A stretch of DNA of 64,000 nucleotides from the NCBI GenBank assembly GCA_044226015.1, contig JBGAHS010000005.1, positions 512,001 to 576,000 on the forward strand, in the 5' to 3' direction. The notes under the pieces are model-generated. The model was not told the DNA's origin and did not search any database. It saw nothing but the letters and a program-made list of their open reading frames with translations. Positions 52,390 through 62,130 of this stretch are shown piece after piece. Made by a program: the position numbers and the translations under genes. The stretch comes from Candidatus Obscuribacteraceae bacterium (GTDB taxonomy: Bacteria > Cyanobacteriota > Vampirovibrionia > Obscuribacterales > Obscuribacteraceae). The stretch's first letter is position 1. Each line of letters starts with the position of its first letter.

Positions 52390-54246
52390 GTGATGGACCA
52401 GATTTTAGAGAGCAAATTGAGTTCTTTATCCGACGGTCTGCCCGAGCGGTACAAGATAATTGGAACCCTCGGGCATGGTGGTATGGGGGCTGTGTTCCAT
52501 GCCATGGATGTACAGCTTCAGCGCGAAGTTGCGATAAAGTTTTTGATCTTTGAAGGAAACGAGGACAGCTCACTGCAAGAGAGATTCTTGAAAGAAGCTA
52601 AGACCCTTGCTAGTTTGAATCATCCAAATATTGTGCGCTTCTTTACCTCAGGCATCAGCGCGAATGGTGTTCCTTTTCATGTCATGGAATTTTTGCAAGG
52701 TTCGTCGCTGGCTGAGGAAATGAAAAATCACCCTCAGCAAGTGAGAGGAAATTTGCCCACAATAGCAACGCAACTCTTATCGGCATTAGAGCATGCGCAT
52801 AATCATGAGATAGCTCATCGCGATTTGAAGCCCAGTAACATAATTCTATGTCACGATGAAAATGGCGACTTGAACGTTAAACTCATAGATTTTGGAATCG
52901 CGCGTCAACTTGATGCAGATGCTGGAAAAACATTGACTAGATCTAGTGCAATCTTGGGAAGTCCCGGCTATATGAGTCCTGAGCAATGCATGGGTCAAAG
53001 AGGTGACAAGCGGTCAGATATTTATTCGTTTGCTTGCGTTTTGCACGAGATCATTAGCGGGAAGCCAGTTTTTGAAGGAGAAACTGGCATTCAAATTATG
53101 TACAAACAAATGAATGAAGACATCGCAAAATTGCAATTGAATGGGAAAGGCGATGGAGATAAGAGTTCAGAGCTTTCCGATATTATCGATGCGTGTCTAC
53201 AGAGAGAGCCCTCAACGCGCCCATCTTCGGCAGCCGAAATCAGTCGGCGCCTTAGTCAATTGAGTGAGCATGAATGGAAAGGACTTCAGCTAGCACAGGT
53301 ACAGAATAGTGGTTTGGGAGCAGCTAAGAGTCTTTTGCTGAAGGTATGGATACCTGTTTTTGTGCTGCTACTTTTTTGTGCAATTCTGTTCTTTTGTGCT
53401 CCAAAACCTTTGAATGACTCAATGAGAATTGAGAAAGCTACCATTCTCTCGCCAGCACGAGACCAAAAAGCCGCCATAGAACATGCAAAGGCTAGTTTGA
53501 AGTTTGCATTGCATGATTATGCAGCAACGAAGAAGAATGATGATGAGTTTGGTGATAAGGTGGATTCTGTTCTGTATTCATACAACAGGCTCATAAAGGT
53601 TCAAGTCAATTCTGGAAACGTGTCTGATCTTGCAGCGGCTGATGCAACATGTGCTCAGCAAATTGCATTCTGTGTTAAAGAGAAGAATAAACAGGGTGAA
53701 CTCCGAGCACTCGTAACTCGTGCAGATCTTGCGTTGAGGCGAAAATCATTGAAAGATGCCGAACTTTATTTTGGAATGGCCGCCAAAATCGTCAATTCAG
53801 GAAATGATCATAGGAAATTAGAACTGCAAGACCTGATAATACATCGAACGAATTACTATTTGGTTACTCGCAAATTTGACGAAGCGCTAGCAGGTTTGGA
53901 GGAGGTTCATCAGATTTGGAAAAGTCATCAGGATAGTCCAAATATAGCTGTAAATCATGATCAAACCATCGACCCTAATGGACCAGATCGAATCGAATTG
54001 TTTCTTCAAGTAGTCGATAATTTTAGAGTGATCAGCGACAGAACTTTCAAAAACGCTTCCGAGTCAGAGAAAACTGCAATTTTGAAACTGTATAGGGTTT
54101 TCATCCAACTCTGTATGGATACCAGTAGCCACACAGAAGGAGCCGAGCTTGCTAAAGAAGCTCAAATCAAAGAGGCAGCGGTTGAAGGTCATGATGACAC
54201 AAAACGTGAGTTGAAGGCTGTTATCCTGAAACTTTTCGAGAAATAA
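52390..54246 (+). CDS. Ser/Thr protein kinase, single TM, helical/TPR-like C-terminal domain
   Basis: LGHGGMGAVF, VAIKF, HRDLKPSN, DFG, GSPGYMSPEQ; TM WIPVFVLLLFCAILFF. Confidence 0.95.
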   Translation: MMDQILESKLSSLSDGLPERYKIIGTLGHGGMGAVFHAMDVQLQREVAIKFLIFEGNEDSSLQERFLKEAKTLASLNHPNIVRFFTSGISANGVPFHVMEFLQGSSLAEEMKNHPQQVRGNLPTIATQLLSALEHAHNHEIAHRDLKPSNIILCHDENGDLNVKLIDFGIARQLDADAGKTLTRSSAILGSPGYMSPEQCMGQRGDKRSDIYSFACVLHEIISGKPVFEGETGIQIMYKQMNEDIAKLQLNGKGDGDKSSELSDIIDACLQREPSTRPSSAAEISRRLSQLSEHEWKGLQLAQVQNSGLGAAKSLLLKVWIPVFVLLLFCAILFFCAPKPLNDSMRIEKATILSPARDQKAAIEHAKASLKFALHDYAATKKNDDEFGDKVDSVLYSYNRLIKVQVNSGNVSDLAAADATCAQQIAFCVKEKNKQGELRALVTRADLALRRKSLKDAELYFGMAAKIVNSGNDHRKLELQDLIIHRTNYYLVTRKFDEALAGLEEVHQIWKSHQDSPNIAVNHDQTIDPNGPDRIELFLQVVDNFRVISDRTFKNASESEKTAILKLYRVFIQLCMDTSSHTEGAELAKEAQIKEAAVEGHDDTKRELKAVILKLFEK

Positions 54247-54248
54247 CT

Positions 54249-56057
54249 ATGAGCGAATCCGAACAAGCAGAAATTAGCAGCGGACTCGCTGTTTTCTCTG
54301 TAGGTGATGTTTTCGAAAACCGTTACAAGATAATGGGCTACATCACTGGTGGTGGCATGGCCCATGTCTATCACGGCATTGATCTCGTGCTTCACCGAGA
54401 GATAGTGTTGAAGGTTTTGAAGCAGGGTGCCGATTCAAAGCCCTCAACACGTGAACGCTTTAAGCGTGAGACAAAAGCCCTGGCTAGCCTTGAGCATCCA
54501 AACATAGTCAAGTTCTATAACTCAGGCATCACAGATGCCGACCTTGTCTACGTTGTGATGGAGTTTGTGCCCGGTGAATCACTTCAGTCACTGTTAACGC
54601 GAAATGGTTATTTAACAGGAGAACAATTCCTTTCTTTCTTTATTCAAATGCTCTCTGCACTTCGCTTTGTACATGAACAGAATATCGTTCATCGTGATAT
54701 AAAACCTGCGAATATAATGGTGAACGATAACAATATCAAGCTCATTGACTTTGGTATCGCTCGAATTCTTGGGCAGGAGTCTGATGGAAATACATCAACA
54801 CAAAATGCCGTTCTGCTAGGCACACCGACTTACATGAGCCCTGAACAGTGCAAGGGCGAGCGTGGTGACCGTTCATCGGACTTCTACTCTGTCGCGTGCG
54901 TGATGTATGAATGTATAACTTCCCGAACTCCTTTCACCGGTGGCTCACCTTACGAGGTCATGTTCAAGCATATGTCCGTAGCCGCACCGAAATTGGTGCC
55001 TATGGCAAAATCCGAAAAGTGCAAACTAATTGCGGTTGTCATTGATAAATGCTTGGCAAAAAATCCCAAAGAACGCCCCGAGTCTGCTGAGAGCATACTT
55101 AGTGTGCTAGAGGAATGTAATGGAATAGATTTATCGGAGTTTCGGCGAGCAAGAGCTGGCAAGATAATCAATCTGTTCGTTTATTTCTTAGTCATAACGG
55201 TAGTAATTTTTTTGCTTAGTTACTTCATGAAGACAAGCAGGACTGCTGAAAAGTCTGTGCAAATCGATCATCAGCAAGTAGTTATTAGTAAGAGAATACA
55301 GAAATATCTACGGGAAGTTGAAGTCCTAGAGCACTCGGAATTTTCAAGCAGCAAGGGCACTAAGGCTCTCTTTGCGTCCTACGTTAATCTGATTCGTAAT
55401 GAAACTGTCTCAAAACGAAAAAGTGATGCCCTTGCTGCAGTAAGGCATGCAGAAAAGGCGATTCAGCTAGCAAAAGAAAAATCCAATGATGATTCGGTAC
55501 GACTAGAGACCGCTTTCTTTCTCTGCGGAATGGCACAAATGAAAGCAGGGCTCTTGAATGACGCCTATAAGTCGTTACTTCACGCAAAACAACGAGTTGA
55601 AAGTTTACGGGGCGAATCTGTAGAAGAAGAGAGATTCGAGCTGCTCATAATGTTGGCCAATATTGATTTACAACTTAAGCGTTTCAATGAAGCAATGCAA
55701 AATATTGAAGCTGCAACATCTGCTGGGGGCGATGGTCTTATTCACATTGAGGGATATTTCCAAAGAGCTTGCAAATTAGATTCGTTGGGAATCGATAAAG
55801 TGGAAATGCTCAACCAGAGCTTTCTCGAATTGATGAAATCTACTCCTAGAAATGATAATGAGCGAGCCTGTCTGCTGAAGAGCTGTTACCTTTTGTCTTT
55901 GGAATTGCACGATATTCATGACGATAAAAAGTTCAAGCAAGCAAATGATTATTACCAGAAAGAGATAAAACAAATGGTTTCGCCTTCGGCGGACTTCATC
56001 CAATACGGAACGCAGTTACAACTCATGGAAAATGCAAAAGAGTCAAATCAGAAGTGA
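54249..56057 (+). CDS. Ser/Thr protein kinase, single TM, TPR-like C-terminal domain
   Basis: GGGMAHVY, IVLKV, HRDIKPAN, DFG, GTPTYMSPEQ; TM LFVYFLVITVVIFLLSYF. Confidence 0.95.
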   Translation: MSESEQAEISSGLAVFSVGDVFENRYKIMGYITGGGMAHVYHGIDLVLHREIVLKVLKQGADSKPSTRERFKRETKALASLEHPNIVKFYNSGITDADLVYVVMEFVPGESLQSLLTRNGYLTGEQFLSFFIQMLSALRFVHEQNIVHRDIKPANIMVNDNNIKLIDFGIARILGQESDGNTSTQNAVLLGTPTYMSPEQCKGERGDRSSDFYSVACVMYECITSRTPFTGGSPYEVMFKHMSVAAPKLVPMAKSEKCKLIAVVIDKCLAKNPKERPESAESILSVLEECNGIDLSEFRRARAGKIINLFVYFLVITVVIFLLSYFMKTSRTAEKSVQIDHQQVVISKRIQKYLREVEVLEHSEFSSSKGTKALFASYVNLIRNETVSKRKSDALAAVRHAEKAIQLAKEKSNDDSVRLETAFFLCGMAQMKAGLLNDAYKSLLHAKQRVESLRGESVEEERFELLIMLANIDLQLKRFNEAMQNIEAATSAGGDGLIHIEGYFQRACKLDSLGIDKVEMLNQSFLELMKSTPRNDNERACLLKSCYLLSLELHDIHDDKKFKQANDYYQKEIKQMVSPSADFIQYGTQLQLMENAKESNQK

Positions 56058-56267
56058 GCCAAAGAGACGCTGTACATTTGTGCAGTTCGAGGAAGATTAA
56101 CGCTGTGTAATATTGCGGGCGTGGCTGTAGATCCCCGTACAATAATGGTTTACGGCTTGAAAGTCACATAATTTTCACGTATAAGTGGGATGGTTTCGGT
56201 GCAAGTCATCTGTACTTGCTGGTTGTGCGCTTTTATGCGCAGGTTGTTGTTGCCAGGTTGGTTTTGC

Positions 56268-57944
56268 ATGCAGCGTCACGCTGAACTAAATTCGGAAAAT
56301 TCTGGGAAAAAAGCTGAGCACCAAACTCAGCTTGCGGACTCCTCTCATCTGAATCGCATGCTGCAGGACTCGCAGTCATTCGGAACACCTCTGTTTTCGC
56401 CAAATCCAAGGTTTGAATCACTTTCCTCTGGTGCAAAAGAAGGGAAAGGTAATTCGATAGATAAGATTGGCACTCACAGCCTGAGCGAGCATCTGCCAAA
56501 TCTTTCTCTGGGGCGACCTCATCATGCTGAGCAGCATCCTGACGCTCACGCTAAGGTTCGTGAGTGGAAGGCTGATGGAACAGGTAACACTCAGTTTCGT
56601 AATCCATTCCGAGTCAGAACGCTGCCGGCTGAGCATGCGTTGCCCAGTGGAGAGGGATCACTGAAAGGGAAAGATCAAAAATCTCTAGATGCAAACATTG
56701 CAGAAATTAAGGCTCGTATCGCCACTGGCGGAATGACACCAGCTAACTCTTTCATTCAGCCCACTTGGATGAACCGCAAGGGTGAGAATCTTGATGTTGT
56801 TCCTAAGAATTCATCGTTGAAACAACAAGAAGAAGTTCGTCCTGAAAGTGCGCCGCGACCTGGAGTGCAACCTAAGCCTGACGCTGAACCGCAACCTGAG
56901 GCGCAATTGCGACGCGAACGCACGCCGTTTTCCCGTCGAGAAGAGCCGTCGCGTCCGGCGCCAAATCCTGAGTTGCAGCCGCGTCGAGAAGAGCCGTTAC
57001 GTCCGGCGCCAAATCCTGAGTTGCAGCCGCGTCGTGAAGAGCCGTTGCGTCCGGCGCCAAATCCTGAGTTGCTGCCGCGTCGAGAAGAGCCGTTGCGTCC
57101 GGCGCCAAATCCTGAGTTGCAGCCACGTCGAGAAGAGCCGTTGCGCCCGGCGCCAAATCCTGAGTTGCTGCCGCGTCGAGAAGAGCCGTTGCGTCCGGCG
57201 CCAAATCCCGAGTTGCAGCCGCGTCGTGAAGAGCCGTTGCGTCCGGCGCCTCAGAGAAAAGATCCGCAATCCAGACCAAATAGTTCTGACATAGATACTT
57301 TCTTTCCGCCCTCACACTCAATTCAAAGAAGACCGCAAGCTCTTCCACCTTTCAGCGTTGAGCCATTGGATAAGAAGGGACCGCTTCCTAAGCATTTGCC
57401 TCTGCCAGAATTTACTGCTCCTGGGCAAATTCGTCGTGATGGTTTGCCTCAAGTAAATCCAGCTAACGTCAAAGTAGTCAGAGCACCAAATGTCTCTGAT
57501 TCGGAAATGCCGATATCACATGCGCCAACCATTACTCCACAGCGCATCAACCAGGTTCTAGAGGAATATGATTCCCCAGCAAAAGGCATGGGGCAAAAGA
57601 TTTTTGATCTAGGTGTCAAATATGGTATCAACCCTGCTATGGCTCTAGCATTCTATATCCAGGAATCGAGTGCTGGAACCCGCGGAGCAGGCGCACGAAA
57701 CAACAGCTGGGGCAACATTCGCCAGGGTCGGCATGGATACAAGGCGTACCATAACATTGAGCATGGGCTGGTCGATTGGTATGAGCGCATACATCAACAT
57801 TACGTTGGAAAGGGATTCCACACCCTTGGTCGACCTGGGCAGCGCGATGGAATTATCCACAAGTACGCTCCTGGTAGCGATGGAAACAACGAAGGACATT
57901 ACATACGCAATGTAGCTAACATGATTCGCAAGTGGTCTTACTAG
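56268..57944 (+). CDS. Protein with a disordered Pro-rich N-terminus and a C-terminal glucosaminidase/lysozyme-like domain
   Basis: C-terminal KYGINPAMALAFYIQESSAGT...NNSWGNIR...Y..Y.NIEHG..DW...I...Y...KYAP..DGNN...Y is a lysozyme-fold pattern with a catalytic Glu. Start 56268 is probable but uncertain. Confidence 0.75.
   Translation: MQRHAELNSENSGKKAEHQTQLADSSHLNRMLQDSQSFGTPLFSPNPRFESLSSGAKEGKGNSIDKIGTHSLSEHLPNLSLGRPHHAEQHPDAHAKVREWKADGTGNTQFRNPFRVRTLPAEHALPSGEGSLKGKDQKSLDANIAEIKARIATGGMTPANSFIQPTWMNRKGENLDVVPKNSSLKQQEEVRPESAPRPGVQPKPDAEPQPEAQLRRERTPFSRREEPSRPAPNPELQPRREEPLRPAPNPELQPRREEPLRPAPNPELLPRREEPLRPAPNPELQPRREEPLRPAPNPELLPRREEPLRPAPNPELQPRREEPLRPAPQRKDPQSRPNSSDIDTFFPPSHSIQRRPQALPPFSVEPLDKKGPLPKHLPLPEFTAPGQIRRDGLPQVNPANVKVVRAPNVSDSEMPISHAPTITPQRINQVLEEYDSPAKGMGQKIFDLGVKYGINPAMALAFYIQESSAGTRGAGARNNSWGNIRQGRHGYKAYHNIEHGLVDWYERIHQHYVGKGFHTLGRPGQRDGIIHKYAPGSDGNNEGHYIRNVANMIRKWSY
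56934..57250 (+). repeat. In-frame 48-bp tandem repeat, 6 full copies plus 1 partial (RREEPLRPAPNPELQP)
   Basis: Units start at 56934, 56982, 57030, 57078, 57126, 57174 and 57222; near-identical, with no spacers. Confidence 0.97.
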
Positions 57945-58149
57945 GAGCTGAGACTTAGATTGCACATTTTTGCTGGAATTCAATTGCGTGGTCGCTCGCA
58001 TTCCCGGCAATCCAGCATAATTTCAGGATGCCAACAGGATGGTCTGTTTAAGATCTTCGTTTGCCTGCTTGCATTCTTCTTATAGGTTGAAGGATACTAG
58101 TGCATCCATTCGGCGCAGATTTCATGTGCCATTACCGCGGAGATTTGTT

Positions 58150-59346
58150 TTGCCAGAAACTGTAGAGTCTACGACTAGAAGAGCAGAGATTATCTCTCAC
58201 GCACAGCGCGTCGTCATTAAGTTGGGAACAGCTGTTTTGATGAGAGAGGAAGGCGGCATCGCGTTGAGCCGATTCTACTCTTTCGTTGAAGATATTGCTC
58301 GGCTGAAAAAATCGGGTAAGGAAGTTCTGGTTGTAACTTCTGGTGCTATCGGGCTCGGGTTTCGCAGCCTTGGTTTAGAAAAGAAGCCTAAGGAGTTGCC
58401 GGCGAAACAGGCTTGTGCTGCTGTTGGTCAAGGCAAATTGATGGCACTTTACTCTGACGCATTTGCCACCATGGATGTCGTAACAGCTCAAGTTCTGCTG
58501 ACAGAAGATGATTTCGCAAACAGAAAGCGATATTTGAATCTGCGCAGTACCATCAACACGCTTCTGCAGATGCACGCCATTCCGGTCATTAATGAAAACG
58601 ATACTGTTGCGACAGCTGAGCTTGAGACCCTTGGAGGCGCACCGAAAAAGATCAATTTTGGTGATAATGATAAACTTTCTGCTCTGGTAGCAAGCAAAAT
58701 AGAGGCTGACCTTCTTGTAATTCTTACTGATGTAGACGGTCTTTACACTGCTGACCCACGGGTTGATAAAAATGCAACTTTGATTCCTCTTGTAGAAAAC
58801 ATAACGCCCGAGCTTGAAACTCAGTTAAGTGGCAGCAGCAAACCTGGTGCAGGAACGGAACTTGGACGTGGTGGCATGCGTACTAAATTCGAAGCCGCTA
58901 AAGTCTCAACTCAATCTGGTTGTGCCACTATAATCGCAGGCGGGAAAGAACAGGGCATCATCTCCAAGATTTTTGCAGGTGAAGAGAAAGGTACTCTGTT
59001 CCTTCCGAAAACTGGCATGAAAGGCAAATTGAAGTGGATAGCATTTGCCACCACAGTCAGTGCGGCGCTTGTACTTAACCAGGGCGCTCTGGATGCAATA
59101 ACGAAACGAAAAGCTAGCTTGTTGTTCGCCGGAGTTACCCAAGTGAAAGGACAATTTGAGCGGGGCGACGTGGTCAGTATTGTTGATGAAAGTGGCAAGG
59201 AAATCGCTCGCGGCATCGTGAACTATTCAAGTTCAGAAACTATCAAGCTATGTGGCAAGCAGTCAGGCGCGATAGACGAAGTCATCGAGCACAGAAATTA
59301 TGACGCCCTGATAACCCGTGACAATCTCGCTTTGTTAGACCATTAA
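58150..59346 (+). CDS. proB: Glutamate 5-kinase with PUA domain
   Basis: VVIKLGT, VTSGAI, KQACAAVGQ, PVINENDTV, FGDNDKLSA, GRGGMRTK, C-terminal PUA. Probable TTG start at 58150 after GGAG. Confidence 0.96.
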   Translation: MPETVESTTRRAEIISHAQRVVIKLGTAVLMREEGGIALSRFYSFVEDIARLKKSGKEVLVVTSGAIGLGFRSLGLEKKPKELPAKQACAAVGQGKLMALYSDAFATMDVVTAQVLLTEDDFANRKRYLNLRSTINTLLQMHAIPVINENDTVATAELETLGGAPKKINFGDNDKLSALVASKIEADLLVILTDVDGLYTADPRVDKNATLIPLVENITPELETQLSGSSKPGAGTELGRGGMRTKFEAAKVSTQSGCATIIAGGKEQGIISKIFAGEEKGTLFLPKTGMKGKLKWIAFATTVSAALVLNQGALDAITKRKASLLFAGVTQVKGQFERGDVVSIVDESGKEIARGIVNYSSSETIKLCGKQSGAIDEVIEHRNYDALITRDNLALLDH

Positions 59347-59359
59347 AGATGGGTGACTT

Positions 59360-60730
59360 ATGAACTCTATTGAATCAGGAATCGCAAAAATTGCAGAGCA
59401 AGCCAAGCTAGCCTCGAGTCTGATGGCATCTTTGACTAATGTGCAAAAGAATGAAGCTCTGATAGCAGTCGCTAATGCATTGGAAGTAAATGCCGATGCC
59501 ATAGCTTCCGAAAATCAGAAAGATATGGATATTGCTTCAGAAAGGGTGAACAAGGGCGAGCTTAAGGAGTCTCTTTTCCAGCGCTTGAAGCTCGACAAAC
59601 CTAAGTTACTCGGCACCATTGCTGGTATCAAACAAATTGCTGAAATGATTGACCCTGTCGGTCAGATATCTCTTGCTCGAGAGCTGGATGAGGGGTTAAA
59701 TCTATATCGCGTTTCCTCACCGATTGGTCTCGTAGCTGTGATTTTTGAGTCACGTCCGGAGGCGATGCCCCAAATTCTATCGCTTTGTTTGAAGTCTGGA
59801 AATGCGCTTGTGCTGAAAGGCGGGCAGGAAGCAGAAAAGACAAACCGAATCTTGTTTAAGGTTATGCAGGAGGCAATAGCCAGAGCGGGTTTGCCCGCGC
59901 AAGCATTTGCACTTATAGAGACTCGCGCCGACGTTAAGCAATTACTTGAAGCCGATGCCTTTGTAGATTTAGTAATTCCTCGGGGCTCAAATGATCTTGT
60001 TCGCTTCATCCAGAGCAATACTAAAATTCCTGTCTTAGGACATGCTGACGGAATTTGCCACATTTATGTCGATAAAGATGCAGAATTAGACCTTGCGGTA
60101 AAAGTTGCGCTTGACAGTAAGATTCAATATCCATCTGCATGCAACGCAGCCGAGACGCTATTAGTGCATAAGGATGTACTCCACGATTTCTTGCCGAGAA
60201 TGTGCGCCAAATATCAGGAGAACAAAGTCGAGCTGCGTCTTGAGCAGACTCTGATAGAGTTTCTCAAGCTGATGAAAGCTGAGGGAAAAATTCGTTCCGA
60301 TTTTAATCTCGATTTCACTGCATTGAAACCCGCTCATGATCAAGATTGGACTACCGAATATTGTGAGCTCGTAATTTCAATTCGTGCAGTTGATTCAATG
60401 GAAGATGCCATCGAGCACATAAATAAGAACGGTTCTGGTCACACTGAATGTATGATTACGCGCAATGAAAAATCCTTTGACGAATTTTTTGCGAAAGTAA
60501 ATAGTGCGGGCATTTATCTCAATGCTTCAACCCGATTTGCTGATGGTTTCAGGTATGGCTTCGGTGCTGAAGTTGGAATTAGCACTTCCAAGCTTCACCC
60601 GAGAGGTCCTGTTGGGGTTGAAGGACTCGTAACTTATAAGTATAAGTTGCTTGGTAAGGGGCAAACTGTTGCCGAATACTCTGGGAAGAATGCAAAACAG
60701 TTCACGCATCGAGATATCGATTCTAAGTAA
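59360..60730 (+). CDS. proA: Gamma-glutamyl phosphate reductase
   Basis: PIGLVAVIFESRP, LKSGNA, IPRGS, GICHIYVD, SACNAAETLL, NASTRFADG, GAEVGIST, RGPVGVEGL. Confidence 0.97.
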   Translation: MNSIESGIAKIAEQAKLASSLMASLTNVQKNEALIAVANALEVNADAIASENQKDMDIASERVNKGELKESLFQRLKLDKPKLLGTIAGIKQIAEMIDPVGQISLARELDEGLNLYRVSSPIGLVAVIFESRPEAMPQILSLCLKSGNALVLKGGQEAEKTNRILFKVMQEAIARAGLPAQAFALIETRADVKQLLEADAFVDLVIPRGSNDLVRFIQSNTKIPVLGHADGICHIYVDKDAELDLAVKVALDSKIQYPSACNAAETLLVHKDVLHDFLPRMCAKYQENKVELRLEQTLIEFLKLMKAEGKIRSDFNLDFTALKPAHDQDWTTEYCELVISIRAVDSMEDAIEHINKNGSGHTECMITRNEKSFDEFFAKVNSAGIYLNASTRFADGFRYGFGAEVGISTSKLHPRGPVGVEGLVTYKYKLLGKGQTVAEYSGKNAKQFTHRDIDSK

Positions 60731-60744
60731 AAGGACTTCTTGTT

Positions 60745-61254
60745 GTGAGCAAAAATTTTTTCTCGCTTTGCATTGCGTTCATTCTGTGTCTGCTCTACTC
60801 AACTGTTGCCAACGCTGAGGACAAGGTTGCTAAAGCTATTCCGCTTTCGTTTGGCTATGTCGATGCGGCAGGGGTGTCTTGTAAGTGGGCAAATCATTGC
60901 CGGGACGACCTTGCGATGGAAGAAAATGAGTACATGAAGTACATCGATGAAAGCGAGACCAAAATTCGCGATTCAGCCAAGCTCGCAGGCTCTGACATTG
61001 AAAAAACGGTTTACGACTTTCGTGTCGGGTTGCAAGCACGAGAAACGATTTCTGGGCGTTGTCCTGGTCGCTGTCTGACTTATGACTTTCCTGGCGACTT
61101 TAGAAACGCTGCCCGACTAATTGCAAAAAAGGAGCAACTAGGAATCGTTATTGATGTGGGTTCCATCTACTTTGGTGCTGAACTCGTTTTGAAGGGAAAA
61201 GATCTCTCCAACAGCATTTTGGAAGAACTCAAAAAGAGTGGTCGTCCTAATTGA
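60745..61254 (+). CDS. OmpH/Skp-like periplasmic protein (divergent)
   Basis: Signal peptide (ANA-E), FGYVD, helical middle, C-terminal IAKKEQLGIVID....FG......DLSNSILEEL. Confidence 0.6.
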   Translation: MSKNFFSLCIAFILCLLYSTVANAEDKVAKAIPLSFGYVDAAGVSCKWANHCRDDLAMEENEYMKYIDESETKIRDSAKLAGSDIEKTVYDFRVGLQARETISGRCPGRCLTYDFPGDFRNAARLIAKKEQLGIVIDVGSIYFGAELVLKGKDLSNSILEELKKSGRPN

Positions 61255-61270
61255 TCGTTCGCTCTGGTGC

Positions 61271-61440
61271 CCAGGTTAATGCAGGATTCAGTCGATCAAG
61301 TCTGGATCCACCAGATCAATTCAGGACCCATTAAGTCCAAAGCTGGAGCCGAGGTCAACGCAGAATCCACCAGAGCAAACCGCGGAATTCGCTTGGTCAA
61401 ATAAGGATCCGCTTGCTCAAGTCAGAATGCTTCTGATAAA
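61271..61440. repeat. Degenerate ~20-bp tandem repeat array, about 8 units
   Basis: Units such as CCAGGTTAATGCAGGATTCA, GTCGATCAAGTCTGGATCCA, CCAGATCAATTCAGGACCCA, GAGGTCAACGCAGAATCCA, GCTTGGTCAAATAAGGATCC, GCTTGCTCAAGTCAGAATGC. Confidence 0.7.
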
Positions 61441-61591
61441 TGCTGTCGCGAAAATGCTTGCAGTAATTTGTCTTTGAGTTGTGAGGCAATCGGTGTAATC
61501 ATTTTCCAAAAATTCTCGGGAACCAGCCGCAGAAAATAGAGTCCTCTTGTACGTCAGTTGATGTTACAGTGTAGTTGACTTTGAGGGATCT

Positions 61592-61990
61592 ATGATGAGA
61601 CTGCTTATCCGTTTACTCTTATCTGCTCTGGCATTCACCTCTGTTTTGCCAATGATAAATGGAATTAGTTTTCATGGCAGTTTCTGGGCTGCAGTGATAA
61701 TTTCGGCTGTTTTTGCTGTGATGCTCTGGGTTGTCGAACTCATTTGTACTGCAATGGCTACTGTCCTGACCGTGGGTAGCCTTGGTCTTGCTCTTCTGTG
61801 GATTATTCCATTGTGGATTGTCGGCTTCTGGCTCTTGCCCGCTTTTGCGTTATTGCTGACTTCCGATATCATGCCTCAATATTTGACTGTGAGTGGCTTC
61901 GTTCCAGCAGCCTTGGCTGGGTTGGTCTTGCTTTTCGTTGGTCTTCTAACAAGCAAGATGTTCTGGGGCGATGAACGCTCTGCTGCGTAA
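61592..61990 (+). CDS. 4-TM phage-holin-family / YvlD-like membrane protein
   Basis: Fully hydrophobic; GISFHGSFWAAVI, LTVGSLGL, LTVSGFVPAALAGLVL pattern; GAGGG RBS. Confidence 0.75.
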   Translation: MMRLLIRLLLSALAFTSVLPMINGISFHGSFWAAVIISAVFAVMLWVVELICTAMATVLTVGSLGLALLWIIPLWIVGFWLLPAFALLLTSDIMPQYLTVSGFVPAALAGLVLLFVGLLTSKMFWGDERSAA

Positions 61991-62012
61991 CTTTATTCAA
62001 TCCGAGGGTATG

Positions 62013-62046
62013 GAAAAGGGGCGGCTGTAAAGCTGCTCCTTTTCTA
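62013..62046 (+). terminator. Intrinsic terminator
   Basis: GAAAAGGGGCGGCT-GTAA-AGCTGCTCCTTTTC stem with G-U pairs, after the stop at 61990. Confidence 0.65.
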
Positions 62047-62130
62047 CTCTTCAAGCAATTATAGATATTAATAATCTCTGTTTTTCGATAAAATAGACAG
62101 AGAGATCGACGACCCACAAGGATTCATATA

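Noticed and set aside
56934..57250. Possible CRISPR array
   Set aside because: Head-to-tail 48-bp units without unique spacers, in frame within a CDS; no cas genes in the window.
61271..61440. Possible degenerate CRISPR array
   Set aside because: The period of about 20 bp is too short and there is no repeat/spacer alternation; kept only as a degenerate repeat.
61592..61990. Holin-family gene as evidence of a prophage
   Set aside because: This 4-TM family is common in chromosomes, and there are no integrase, capsid, terminase or tail genes nearby.
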